Translations under genes and position numbers: made by a program
Source of the DNA: a virus
Lineage: Duplodnaviria > Caudoviricetes
Virus record (IMG/VR): IMGVR_UViG_3300020442_004221
Location: 1 to 53,072 of that record
Strand: one strand, 5' to 3'
Length of the DNA stretch: 53,072 nt
The notes under the pieces: generated by a model
What the model saw: only the letters and a program-made list of their open reading frames with translations
Told to the model about the DNA's origin: nothing
Database searches by the model: none
In this document: positions 18,328 to 28,278 of the stretch, piece by piece
How positions within the stretch are numbered: the stretch's first letter is position 1
How the letters are laid out: every line of letters starts with the position of its first letter

Positions 18328-18744
18328 TTACTTCAAACTCCTATTAATATCTTTTAATATTCTAACATTTTTACTTTTTAAGAAATCTATATATTTGTCA
18401 AAAACTAATTGGTCAACTTCTAAGAAAGACCATTCATCTTTACACACGCTATCGATGAAAGAATTTTGAGCTTTTTCCTTAATGCTGCTATGTAGCTTAA
18501 TAGGATTGTACACTTCTTTATTTGGGTTACATTTAATATAATATATATTATAAGCTTTTCTGTCTGTAATATGTTTAGATTTTTTACCAAAGACCTTTTT
18601 AGCACAAGCGTCTTCAGGCTTATTTGTTCTAGGATTGCCGTTATCGTCCAAAAATTCTTGATTATCTATTAGAGTATAATACTCATCTTTTTTTACATCA
18701 ACATTATGATGTTTAATTAAGAACTCCGATGTGTTTACTTTCAT
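18328..18744 (-). CDS. hypothetical protein
   Basis: 138 aa ORF within the operon. Confidence 0.6.
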   Translation of the reverse strand: MKVNTSEFLIKHHNVDVKKDEYYTLIDNQEFLDDNGNPRTNKPEDACAKKVFGKKSKHITDRKAYNIYYIKCNPNKEVYNPIKLHSSIKEKAQNSFIDSVCKDEWSFLEVDQLVFDKYIDFLKSKNVRILKDINRSLK

Positions 18745-19312
18745 ATCTCAATTCCTTAGGTATAAACAAGGTCCATTCTGGTATATATTCTATGTTAGTC
18801 AAAACCTCATACCAAGGCAAGTATTTAAAACTAAATCTAGGCTCAATAGGTTCTAATAATAACTTCATATTAGCTTGAGAGGGTGTTTTATCTGCTTTTT
18901 TTCTATTGCAAATATTACACGCAGTTACTATATTGTTCCAACATGTAGGGGAAGTATGATATTTCCATTTGGATTTAGGTATAACATGATCATATGTTAA
19001 CTTACTAGTATTATATTTTTTACCACAATATTGGCAAGTATAATTATCTCTCAAGAATAAATTTTTACGAGTAAATTTAACTGATCCACTATGACCTTTC
19101 ACAAACCTGTTAATTTTAATTATACAGGGGATATCGTAGGACTTCCCACACCCAATAATTTTATCTTTATTATAAACTTGCACTATATCTATTATTGGTT
19201 TTTTTTGATGATTTATTTTAAAAGACCAATTAATAGCTGTCTTCCAATCTATGATTGATAGTGGGGTATAGTCTACGTTTAGTACTAGGCAGGGTTTATG
19301 ATTCATTCTCAT
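18713..19312 (-). CDS. HNH endonuclease (McrA-like)
   Basis: LVLNVDYTPL, RDNYTCQYCG, TYDHVIPKS, NIVTACNICNRKK. Confidence 0.9.
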   Translation of the reverse strand: MRMNHKPCLVLNVDYTPLSIIDWKTAINWSFKINHQKKPIIDIVQVYNKDKIIGCGKSYDIPCIIKINRFVKGHSGSVKFTRKNLFLRDNYTCQYCGKKYNTSKLTYDHVIPKSKWKYHTSPTCWNNIVTACNICNRKKADKTPSQANMKLLLEPIEPRFSFKYLPWYEVLTNIEYIPEWTLFIPKELRYESKHIGVLN

Positions 19313-20006
19313 AAGTTTTTAATCTATTAACAATATCTGCTATAATAGGATTACGAACAATGTCAGAAGCTTCTAATTGAACCATGCCCACACCTAATAA
19401 ATTATCTAGTCTTTCAGACAGGTTAGCAAAACCACCTTTGAGATGTCTTTGTAAATCTGACTGATCTACATCTCCTGTAAGTATCATTTTACTATTCATA
19501 CCGATACGAGTTAAAAGCATTTTTAATTGATCATAAGAAGCGTTTTGACATTCATCAGCTACAATGAAAGCATCGTGAAAACTTCTACCTCTCATTAATC
19601 CTAAAGGCACTACTTCTATTAGTCTTTGACTTTTTAGTTTAGCAAAATGTGCAGATTGAATAAAATAATGTATTTCATCTATAATAGGTAGTAAATATGG
19701 GTGTAATTTTTCTTCAGCAGTACCGGGTAAAAATCCCAAACGCTCTCCTGCTTCTACTACTGGTCGTGTAATAACAATTTTTTTAACCTTAAAATCTAAT
19801 AAATATTCTAAAGCCATACCAATTGCTATATGGGTTTTACCACTACCAGCTGCACCTTGACAAAAAGTAACAGTATTTTCTGCTACGGTTCTAATATAGT
19901 CTTTTTGATTTATAGTTCTAGGTTTTAATCTATTTTGAAAACCTACTACATTTTCTGGAACCTTTATAGCAGCTGTGTCTAAACGTTTTTTGCGGTTTTT
20001 CTTCAA
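19296..20006 (-). CDS. phoH: PhoH-family ATPase
   Basis: GAAGSGKT, RPVVEAGERLGFLPG, MRGRSF, DECQN, GDVDQSD. Confidence 0.95.
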   Translation of the reverse strand: MKKNRKKRLDTAAIKVPENVVGFQNRLKPRTINQKDYIRTVAENTVTFCQGAAGSGKTHIAIGMALEYLLDFKVKKIVITRPVVEAGERLGFLPGTAEEKLHPYLLPIIDEIHYFIQSAHFAKLKSQRLIEVVPLGLMRGRSFHDAFIVADECQNASYDQLKMLLTRIGMNSKMILTGDVDQSDLQRHLKGGFANLSERLDNLLGVGMVQLEASDIVRNPIIADIVNRLKTYENES

Positions 20007-20033
20007 GTTGATAACCTTCTTTCAAGGAAGAGT

Positions 20034-22232
20034 TTAAATTAGACATGCCCCACCTGCGCAACTAATTTCCTCTATTCCTATTGTGTTATCCTCTGTTTCT
20101 AATAGTTGGGTATAATCTACCCTAGAAAAACTATCGTATAAATCTGTATAAATTTTCCAATTATATACATCTTTCATACAATATGTCAATCTTTTAATAT
20201 CATCATCGAAATATTTTTTGGCAAATCGATTCATTTTTGTAGCAAATAATTTTTTTGCATCAGAATCTTCATCTGTTGCTTGAGACAGGGTCATATAATC
20301 GCATGCTGCCCATAAATTTAAATCAAAAGCATTTAACCCTAATTCGATTAAACCAGAACACCACAAAGCAGCATCTCCATATTCTTTTACAATTTCTCTT
20401 GGAGTATATACTGTAGTAAATGGTGCCTGCGGATAATCTTTGTCTCCACTTTGAGGTATCAAGCTAATACCAGCGAAAAATTTTCTATTATTATAAATAA
20501 ATTTTGTTACAGCTTCCCATTCCTCTGGTTGTACAGTAACTGTATTGCTAACATTATGACTTAAAAAATCTTGTGTACATAGGGATCTGTTTTTACCTGA
20601 ATGAACCCAATTTTTCTGAGCATCTTTTACTACAGATAGCATTTCTACCGCTGGTAGCTGATTTTTAAGTTTAGATCCATCAGGAACTTCAATAGGGAAT
20701 TTAACAACTTCGTCTGTATCATTTGCAGACCAAGCAGATTTTTCACATGCCTGAGGATTATAGCTTTTAAAGTGTTGAAATGGAGCTTCTAAGGTATTTG
20801 CTTGAACATGCCTAATGTATCTTTTAGCATGATGTGGGTGAATACCAGAACTTGTACCAAGCATACTACTGCTAGTGCCTTCTGGCTTCAAACAAGTTAC
20901 TCGTGCTGCTTGATTAATATTAATTTTTTTAGCTAGTTCTTTATTAGTATCCACAGCAATTTTAGCACCTTTTTTCAATACTTTTTCTGTTAATACTAAC
21001 TCGTGTTTCTCCATAATTCCTGTTAAAGAAACGCCAAGTAAAGCCTCTCTTTCAAAAATAGCGTTAGTAATATCTCCTAGATATTCTAAATTAGTAAATC
21101 CTGCTTGCAAAGTTCCGATAATTGCAGCAGCTTTACATCTTTCGTAGAAATCTTCTTCATCTGTTACAGACGAGCAATTGATGGTGGAAAGATTACAACC
21201 TTGCCAACCAGATTTACCTGTCTTCTCATCTACAGGCCACATACCCACTTCGACACATGGATTAAAAGTCATCTCGGTAGAATCGCTCCAAATAAAACCA
21301 GGCTCACCAAATTCTTTAACAGATTCCATTAAAGCAGCAAACTTTTCGTATGATGTATCGTCTTTAATAAGCAAGGCAGAATTATTACTTCTAGCTCTTT
21401 GTGGATTATCTATATACCAATTGCCAGTTTTAGCTTTAGCCATTTCTTCATCATCAGCGCTAAATAATGCTAACGACGCACTTCTACGAACACCACCAGA
21501 TAATACAGCATCGCTGCTGTGCATAATAATATCATAAGCATCGATAGGTCGTAATTTTTTTTGTTTTGTTTCAACACAAGCCTCCAATAATTCTCTAATT
21601 TTTTCTAAGCCATTTTGCAAAGGCTCAAAGCCGGGAGCCTTTCCAACACCAGAAGATAATTTAGAGCCTTTCGTTCTGATATTGCTATAATCAAAAACAA
21701 TATATTGGTCTTTATATTCTTTGAATTTTGTTTCACTTGGGCGAACGAAAAATGAACTAAGAAGAACGCCGAGAGCATCAGCCCAGCCTTCGATACTATC
21801 TTCTACAGTATATTTTACACCTTTTCTTTTATCTTTTTTGCTCAAGGACAACGAGGGTAGTTTTTCAACATGATGTTTTTGCACACTGAAACCGGTACCA
21901 CTACCGCAAAGCAATAACCAGAAACATTCTTGAAAAAACCTAAGTCTATCACAATAAGAACTAGTGCAGTTGTAAATCTTTGCATGACGCTTTAAAATGG
22001 GCTCTCCGCCAAATTGTAAAGCTCTTTGGCTACCTAGTACCCTTTTTTTAAACATAAGGTCGTAGGCCCAATCTATTTCTTGGCTTATATTATAATCGGC
22101 ATATTGTGTATGCATCATGTTTTTAACACGATCCACAGCTTCTTTCCATGTTTCTCTACGGTTTTCGCTTTCTATCCATCTTGCATATTTACTAACGAAA
22201 GTATAGTTTTGAAGCTCATTCAATGCCGACAT
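20034..22232 (-). CDS. nrdJ: class II (B12-dependent) ribonucleotide reductase, monomeric RTPR type
   Basis: YNC, GGVRRSA, NPCVEV, CNL, KPEGT, C-terminal CAGGAC; no nrdB nearby. Confidence 0.88.
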   Translation of the reverse strand: MSALNELQNYTFVSKYARWIESENRRETWKEAVDRVKNMMHTQYADYNISQEIDWAYDLMFKKRVLGSQRALQFGGEPILKRHAKIYNCTSSYCDRLRFFQECFWLLLCGSGTGFSVQKHHVEKLPSLSLSKKDKRKGVKYTVEDSIEGWADALGVLLSSFFVRPSETKFKEYKDQYIVFDYSNIRTKGSKLSSGVGKAPGFEPLQNGLEKIRELLEACVETKQKKLRPIDAYDIIMHSSDAVLSGGVRRSASLALFSADDEEMAKAKTGNWYIDNPQRARSNNSALLIKDDTSYEKFAALMESVKEFGEPGFIWSDSTEMTFNPCVEVGMWPVDEKTGKSGWQGCNLSTINCSSVTDEEDFYERCKAAAIIGTLQAGFTNLEYLGDITNAIFEREALLGVSLTGIMEKHELVLTEKVLKKGAKIAVDTNKELAKKININQAARVTCLKPEGTSSSMLGTSSGIHPHHAKRYIRHVQANTLEAPFQHFKSYNPQACEKSAWSANDTDEVVKFPIEVPDGSKLKNQLPAVEMLSVVKDAQKNWVHSGKNRSLCTQDFLSHNVSNTVTVQPEEWEAVTKFIYNNRKFFAGISLIPQSGDKDYPQAPFTTVYTPREIVKEYGDAALWCSGLIELGLNAFDLNLWAACDYMTLSQATDEDSDAKKLFATKMNRFAKKYFDDDIKRLTYCMKDVYNWKIYTDLYDSFSRVDYTQLLETEDNTIGIEEISCAGGACLI

Positions 22233-22354
22233 ACTTGCTATCTCCTTAGATCAGACCCTTGCTAGAAAAAATTTAGTCTTATCGATATGATAATTTAGAG
22301 TAGACATAAATCAAGGGTTAGGGGTTAAAAGAATTGTTATTAATCTATTGTTGT

Positions 22355-22362
22355 ATACACCA
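22355..22362 (-). promoter_or_regulatory. TGGTGTAT motif, putative phage promoter (upstream of nrdJ)
   Basis: Identical 8-mer found in four intergenic gaps. Confidence 0.5.
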
Positions 22363-22386
22363 TCATATCAAGAATCATATTTGATT

Positions 22387-22842
22387 TCAAATTTTTTTTA
22401 TCCAAGATAAATTTGGTTCAACTTTTACTATTTGCATACCAGTTTGCTCTACAAAAAAATCAAAAAGTTTTTTTTGCCTTTCATCGAATAATTGTGTACC
22501 ATGATTATTTGACATAATTACTTTTGTAATTCCTTCTTGCCATAAAGCCATGACACAATCATTGCAACATTGACCTGTTACATATGCCACTCCATTATCA
22601 GGACGTATCACACAATTAGACAAAGCGTTTCTTTCTGCATGAATCATCCAATGATATTTTTCTGGTCTAGTTGTAGGTAATGTTTCATCTAACATTCCTT
22701 TAGGAAAACCATTATAACCAACACCTAATATTCTATGTTGTTGATCAGTAATCACACAACCATGTTGAGTATGTAAGTCGTGGCTTCTTTGAGCAACAAC
22801 TTTAGCTAGTCCTAAAAAATAATCTGTCCAATCTGGTCTCAT
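22387..22842 (-). CDS. dCMP deaminase
   Basis: RPDWTDYF, GYNGFP, HAERNA, CNDC. Confidence 0.92.
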   Translation of the reverse strand: MRPDWTDYFLGLAKVVAQRSHDLHTQHGCVITDQQHRILGVGYNGFPKGMLDETLPTTRPEKYHWMIHAERNALSNCVIRPDNGVAYVTGQCCNDCVMALWQEGITKVIMSNNHGTQLFDERQKKLFDFFVEQTGMQIVKVEPNLSWIKKI

Positions 22843-22848
22843 GTGTTT

Positions 22849-22876
22849 ATTGTATCTAAAATTTCTGCACTGTCAA
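22849..22876 (-). promoter_or_regulatory. sigma70-type promoter, probably giving a leaderless mRNA
   Basis: TTGACA (22876-22871), 16-nt spacer, TACAAT (22854-22849), then 6 nt to the ATG at 22842. Confidence 0.7.
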
Positions 22877-22900
22877 TAGTATTTGTTTCGTGAAACAATA

Positions 22901-24673
22901 TTAATTATCTTTTTTATGCAGGATAGAAAAGTCGTAGTATCTCTTAAATTCTTCTACAGTAGTAGATGAATCTTTTTCTGAACTTAGATTGTAGATTAAA
23001 TTGTTACATACGTAATGCTTAGATATAAAATTCCAAATTTTCACATTCTTTAAATCGAAATCAAGAAAGTCTTGTATCACTAAGTATAGTAAATAATCAT
23101 AAGGCATAGCTGGCAAAATATGATGTATATATAGTGGAAATATAGATTTACAAAATTCTAACCATAATTGCATTTGTTGATTACCAGTGGCATACAGACA
23201 AACCCCACCATTTAAATGGTTTTTATAAATATGATTTTGGAAAACATTGTTATCGCTATAGTTTTTAGATCCAGAAACCCAAAAGCTGCCTGCATATCGA
23301 CAATAATTATATATATTATTCAACCAATCTTCGCTAAAAAAAACGTCAGATTCCAGCATTAGGGTTGTGTTGTAATTGCTTAATTGTTTAATGGTTTCAA
23401 AAAAGCACCAGTTTGGACCAGCTAATTTACCATAAGTAGGACATGGTTCCTCTAGCATATATTTATCGTACTGAGTTGGTATATCTAGGTGTATTATATT
23501 TACATTTCTAAATGCATTTTCCAAAATAGTTAAATATCTATCTGGTATAGCATATTGTGTGCTAATGTTAAAATCTAATAGTTTTGCATGCTCTATATTA
23601 TCTGATAAGTTTTCTTCAAGCCTATGCATGAAGGTGTCGAAATTATTATTTTGTAATTCTTTACCTGTTAGCAACAAACAAATACTTTCTAATTTATTTG
23701 TATAGGGTTTGAGCATACTCGTTATTAGAAATTTTCTTATATTTAATTTATTATGGTCTATTAAATTATTTTTTAATGGATATGAATCCCTATTCCTCCC
23801 AGTTCTTCTGTCTAAATGTATAGCGTTAACCCTCGGATATAAATTAATAAAATTAATTTTACATTCATCCTCAATGTATTCCTTAAATAATCTATCGCAA
23901 TTTCCTATACCTAATTCAAAATTTATAGAGTGTTCATCTGGCATAGGAAATAATAATTTTTGATATATCCAACAGTCATGAGAATAATATGGATTTGTAG
24001 GAGAAGAACTGTCACCATATGAGTCGTGACTTTGTACAATATTATTGTCAAGATCAAGATCTTTACGGGTGATTGCATATAAAGTTTTTTCTGAAAAATC
24101 TTGACTCTTTACATATTCTAAAGTTTTATCAAAATATATATCCGTATTGGCTAAAATTTTAATATATGGACGATAGTATTTATTAGCATATTGCATCCAT
24201 AGCGCATAAGTAAGTCTTTCATGAATATTATAAGTATCAATCTTGGGATGATTAGCAAGATGTTCTGGTAAATTTATATTTTTAGATTCTAAAAATACAC
24301 ATATTTTGTGAATCGAGGGATTGCTTAAATTATTTTCTAAGCATTTGGTAATATTTTTTAATGTTTCATCATCTTTGGGCTCATACCATTGTATAAATAA
24401 AACAATATTTGTAACATAGTCACTATCTATATTCAATGAATGTTGATTATACGAAATGTTTTTTGTAATTTCACTCCCGCTAGTCCGAGTGTATAGTCTA
24501 TTCTCTTGTTTACCAAATTGCAAATAATGCATTATAGCACCATCTTCTGTGTCTATGCCAGCATGCACTAAATCAGGATTAGCAACTAAATAATATTCCC
24601 AATTAAAAGTATTTGGTAGTACTTTTATAATTTTTAAACGCTGTTCTTCAGTAAATGAAAAATCTTTAAACAT
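22901..24673 (-). CDS. multidomain glycosyltransferase-like protein
   Basis: N-terminal FNWEYYLVANPDL...HYLQFGKQENR module; two GT-A-like DxD-type regions (ANTDIYF, LESDVFF); downstream of gmd. Confidence 0.55.
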   Translation of the reverse strand: MFKDFSFTEEQRLKIIKVLPNTFNWEYYLVANPDLVHAGIDTEDGAIMHYLQFGKQENRLYTRTSGSEITKNISYNQHSLNIDSDYVTNIVLFIQWYEPKDDETLKNITKCLENNLSNPSIHKICVFLESKNINLPEHLANHPKIDTYNIHERLTYALWMQYANKYYRPYIKILANTDIYFDKTLEYVKSQDFSEKTLYAITRKDLDLDNNIVQSHDSYGDSSSPTNPYYSHDCWIYQKLLFPMPDEHSINFELGIGNCDRLFKEYIEDECKINFINLYPRVNAIHLDRRTGRNRDSYPLKNNLIDHNKLNIRKFLITSMLKPYTNKLESICLLLTGKELQNNNFDTFMHRLEENLSDNIEHAKLLDFNISTQYAIPDRYLTILENAFRNVNIIHLDIPTQYDKYMLEEPCPTYGKLAGPNWCFFETIKQLSNYNTTLMLESDVFFSEDWLNNIYNYCRYAGSFWVSGSKNYSDNNVFQNHIYKNHLNGGVCLYATGNQQMQLWLEFCKSIFPLYIHHILPAMPYDYLLYLVIQDFLDFDLKNVKIWNFISKHYVCNNLIYNLSSEKDSSTTVEEFKRYYDFSILHKKDN

Positions 24674-25643
24674 TACTATAAGCCTCTTCAATCATTTCAT
24701 CTATTAACATTTCGAAATCATATTCTGGTTTCCAATTTAATTCCTTTTGGCTTTCGCTACTATCGCCTCTTAAAAAATCTAATTCTTCCGGTCTTTGATA
24801 TCTTTGATCTATCCGAACATGATCTGCAATATCTAAAGAAAGCTTAGAAAAAACATAAGATAATAAATATTGAACAGATTTTGCTTTACCTGTAGATATG
24901 ATATAGTCTTTAGGTTTTTCCTGTTGTAGCATTAGATGCATAGCTTTCACATAGTCTTTTGCATGACCCCAATCTCTATAAGCATCTAAATTACCTAAAA
25001 ATAAATATTGTGATTTTCCTAATTTGATATCAACTGCTCCTTTTATAATTTTATTAGTAACAAAATTGATACCTCTCCTCGGAGATTCGTGATTAAATAA
25101 AATACCAGATGAGATAAACATATTATACGAACGCCTATAGTTTTTGCATAGATGATATGCAAATAATTTGGAGCATCCGTATGGACTTACAGGACACATA
25201 GGGGTTGTCAACCTTTGGTATCCATCGCTATCAATAGTATTTCCAAACATCTCAGAAGAAGCAGCATTGTATATTTTAGCTTGAGGCATATTGGTTTTGG
25301 TAGACTCTAGCACATTCAGTGTTCCTCCGCAATTTACATCTGTTGTATATTTAGGCATATCAAATGATATCCTAACATGACTTTGCGCTGCTAAATGATA
25401 AATTTCATCAGGTTGAGCTATTTTAATAGCATGATCTATGGAAGACCTATCCAATAAATCCGCATAAATTAGTTTTATTTTTTCTTCTGCGTGTATTTTG
25501 GCGATTCTTGTTGTTTGGGATTCTGGTACTGAATTTCTCCTAATTGTACCATATAGATCATAATCTAAATAATTTAGATGCTCTATTAGATATGAAGCAT
25601 CTTGACCATTAGCTCCTATAATTAAAGCTTTCTTTTTAGTCAT
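24666..25643 (-). CDS. gmd: GDP-mannose 4,6-dehydratase
   Basis: GANGQDASYL, LAAQSHV, SPYGCSK, GILFNHESPRRG, RDWGHAKDYV. Confidence 0.97.
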   Translation of the reverse strand: MTKKKALIIGANGQDASYLIEHLNYLDYDLYGTIRRNSVPESQTTRIAKIHAEEKIKLIYADLLDRSSIDHAIKIAQPDEIYHLAAQSHVRISFDMPKYTTDVNCGGTLNVLESTKTNMPQAKIYNAASSEMFGNTIDSDGYQRLTTPMCPVSPYGCSKLFAYHLCKNYRRSYNMFISSGILFNHESPRRGINFVTNKIIKGAVDIKLGKSQYLFLGNLDAYRDWGHAKDYVKAMHLMLQQEKPKDYIISTGKAKSVQYLLSYVFSKLSLDIADHVRIDQRYQRPEELDFLRGDSSESQKELNWKPEYDFEMLIDEMIEEAYSNV

Positions 25644-25647
25644 GAGA

Positions 25648-26592
25648 TCATACTCTCTTACTGGCTTCTGTATTATTTTGAAACCAATATATAGTGTCTT
25701 TCAAACCTTCTTTGAGATTGATCTTGGCTTTCCAGCCTAATTCATTAATTTTACTTACATCTAAAAATCGTCTAGGAGTCCCATTAGGATAAGATGTATT
25801 CCACTTTATTTCACCATTATATCCAACCAATTCCTTAATAGTTTCTGACAATTGTTTAATACTGACTTCTCTACCGTTACCCACATTAATAATATCAGAA
25901 CTATTATAGTGCCTCATAAGATATATCGCAGCATCCGCTAAATCCTCAACGTGCAAAAATTCTCTAGTAGGAGTACCATCTCCATAGCATTCAACAAAAT
26001 TCTCATTTAATGCCTTTGCTTGTATAAATTTTCTAATTAATGCTGGTATTACGTGACATTGGGATATATTAAAGTTGTCATTAGGTCCATATAAGTTAGC
26101 TGGCATCAAAGATATAGTATTCAAGCCATATTGTTCTTTATATTTAGCGCACATAATATGTCCAGCTATTTTAGCTATAGCATATGCAATATTCGTTTCT
26201 TCCAATGCTCCTGTTAAAAGACTAGATTCTTTTATGGGTACATCAGCCATTTTAGGATATATACAAGCAGAACCTAAAAAACAAAACTTAATAACACCAT
26301 AGTCACACGCTGCATTAATTACATTCGTTTGTATCAACAGATTATCTTTAATAAAGTCGGCTGGATATTTTTTATTACAAGTAATACCACCGACTTTTGC
26401 AGCTGCTAGAAATACATATTCTGGATTAGTTTTTTTAAAGAAATCTTGCACATCATTTTGATTTCTTAAATCTAATTCCTGTTTGCTCCGAACTATAAGA
26501 TTGCTATAGCCTTCTTTTGATAATTTTTCCACTAAAGCAGAACCCACCATACCATTGTGGCCTGCGATGTAAATTTTAGCTTTATTTTCCAT
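25648..26592 (-). CDS. fcl: GDP-L-fucose synthase
   Basis: GHNGMVGSA, AAAKVGGI, GSACIYPK, YAIAK, NLYGPNDNF, REFLHVEDLA. Confidence 0.96.
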   Translation of the reverse strand: MENKAKIYIAGHNGMVGSALVEKLSKEGYSNLIVRSKQELDLRNQNDVQDFFKKTNPEYVFLAAAKVGGITCNKKYPADFIKDNLLIQTNVINAACDYGVIKFCFLGSACIYPKMADVPIKESSLLTGALEETNIAYAIAKIAGHIMCAKYKEQYGLNTISLMPANLYGPNDNFNISQCHVIPALIRKFIQAKALNENFVECYGDGTPTREFLHVEDLADAAIYLMRHYNSSDIINVGNGREVSIKQLSETIKELVGYNGEIKWNTSYPNGTPRRFLDVSKINELGWKAKINLKEGLKDTIYWFQNNTEASKRV

Positions 26593-26596
26593 AGTT

Positions 26597-28249
26597 TTAT
26601 ATTATATACAATTTAGAACTCTGCAAGGAATAAGGTATAATACCAGACAATATTCTTTCCCATGAATGGGTGTATGTAGGTTGATGATTCTTTCTATAAC
26701 CTGTCTCTAAGGTTAAATAATGATCCAAAAGATTAACCTTATATTTTTCAATAAATTCATTAAACATTTTATGTTTACAAACAAACATAGTTCCTGCAAA
26801 AAAGTCTATTTTGGAAGAATCTATATCTATGTTATATTCTTTGCAAAAGTTATCAATAATAGGCTGGTTTACAGTATCTAACATCATGTTCTTTTGTTGT
26901 GGTCCAGCTATATAGCAATTGTGTTTATTAGTCAATATATATTGAGTATATAGCATATTATTTAATATAGTATCAAAGCATATATCTCTAAATCCATGAT
27001 GTGTTTTACTGTGAAGTTTAACAATAAAGTCATAATTATCTTTCAGTATATAGTGATATAATATGTATAAAAACGGACCTATATCAGCTCCTTTATTAGG
27101 CAGGATAAAGGTTTTCATATTATCAATTTTTGTATTTGATGTAATAAAATATGTAGTATTAAAATAATTTAATTTATTTATAGCTGTTTGTATAGAATCA
27201 AGAATTCTAGGATTTGTATTGCCTATATGTATATGACATGCTATGCTGTGGCTTTTATCGTACGTTTTAACAGACGATTTTAAATTATCTATGATACTAG
27301 TAGATTTTATAGATGTTCCATTTAGAAAACAATTATGAAGGTTTTGACGCATAGTTTCATATGCCCAAGAGCTTACGCATGGGATTTTTAGATTATCCAC
27401 TAAGGTTTGATAATCAAGTAATTTTAAGCCAAATAGGTTATACCAAAAAACCTCTTTAACTTGCGTATGTGCGGCGTAATATTTATAGGATATATTTTGC
27501 TGTTTTAAAAAATTAGTAAGAGAGTAACATAAATTAATATTAAAATTATATCTAATTGTTTTTAAGATCTTAATTAATATTTTATTTTTAATTAATAATA
27601 AATTAGGGTTAACGCACCTATAGAATCTATTATTATAATTGTGATAAACATCACATACAGATTTTACATCTTCATCAAAATCATTTAAAAAATCACAAAG
27701 GTAATCATTAATACATATATCATTGTTTGCAAATAATGTATACTTATATTTATTAGATATTTTTTTTAAAGTCCAGATATCTTTAATATCAACTATATAG
27801 TCGTGATATGTTTTATTAAAAATTTCTTCATCTTTTAAAGATTCTGGAAGAATGATATAGATTCTATCAACATTATGTTTTATTTTTTCAATAGATTCTA
27901 GGGCTATGTTTTTAGATATCTCATCTGTTTTTTTAACTACATATACACAACATATTTCAGAACTATCTAATTTATCAAACTTTACATCTGTATGTTTTTG
28001 ATTAAATAAATATTTATACTTTTCTCTATGCTTTAAATAAAATTCCAAAGCATGGTATTGATTTACTAAGATAATATCAGACCAATTTAATTCACTAATA
28101 AAAACACCATAATCGAAATTATCTTCAATTACAGCAGGATGGATATACCTTCCATCATGAATACAATCTTGTATATATTCGCTAACATTAGATGTGCATG
28201 CATAATACTCGTTATAAAACTGTTTATCAAACAGTTCCTGTATGTCCAT
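26597..28249 (-). CDS. RgpF (rhamnan synthesis F)-like glycosyltransferase domain protein
   Basis: HIH, NKGADIGPF, KLHSK, FFAGTMF, HSWER. Confidence 0.75.
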   Translation of the reverse strand: MDIQELFDKQFYNEYYACTSNVSEYIQDCIHDGRYIHPAVIEDNFDYGVFISELNWSDIILVNQYHALEFYLKHREKYKYLFNQKHTDVKFDKLDSSEICCVYVVKKTDEISKNIALESIEKIKHNVDRIYIILPESLKDEEIFNKTYHDYIVDIKDIWTLKKISNKYKYTLFANNDICINDYLCDFLNDFDEDVKSVCDVYHNYNNRFYRCVNPNLLLIKNKILIKILKTIRYNFNINLCYSLTNFLKQQNISYKYYAAHTQVKEVFWYNLFGLKLLDYQTLVDNLKIPCVSSWAYETMRQNLHNCFLNGTSIKSTSIIDNLKSSVKTYDKSHSIACHIHIGNTNPRILDSIQTAINKLNYFNTTYFITSNTKIDNMKTFILPNKGADIGPFLYILYHYILKDNYDFIVKLHSKTHHGFRDICFDTILNNMLYTQYILTNKHNCYIAGPQQKNMMLDTVNQPIIDNFCKEYNIDIDSSKIDFFAGTMFVCKHKMFNEFIEKYKVNLLDHYLTLETGYRKNHQPTYTHSWERILSGIIPYSLQSSKLYII

Positions 28250-28278
28250 TCATCCTATTTTCTGCTTTAAAAACTTAA

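Noticed and set aside
22233-22386. Cobalamin riboswitch or tRNA upstream of the B12-dependent RNR
   Set aside because: The region is too AT-rich, and I see no B12-box or cloverleaf/TTCGA arm. I recognised no tRNA anywhere in the window.
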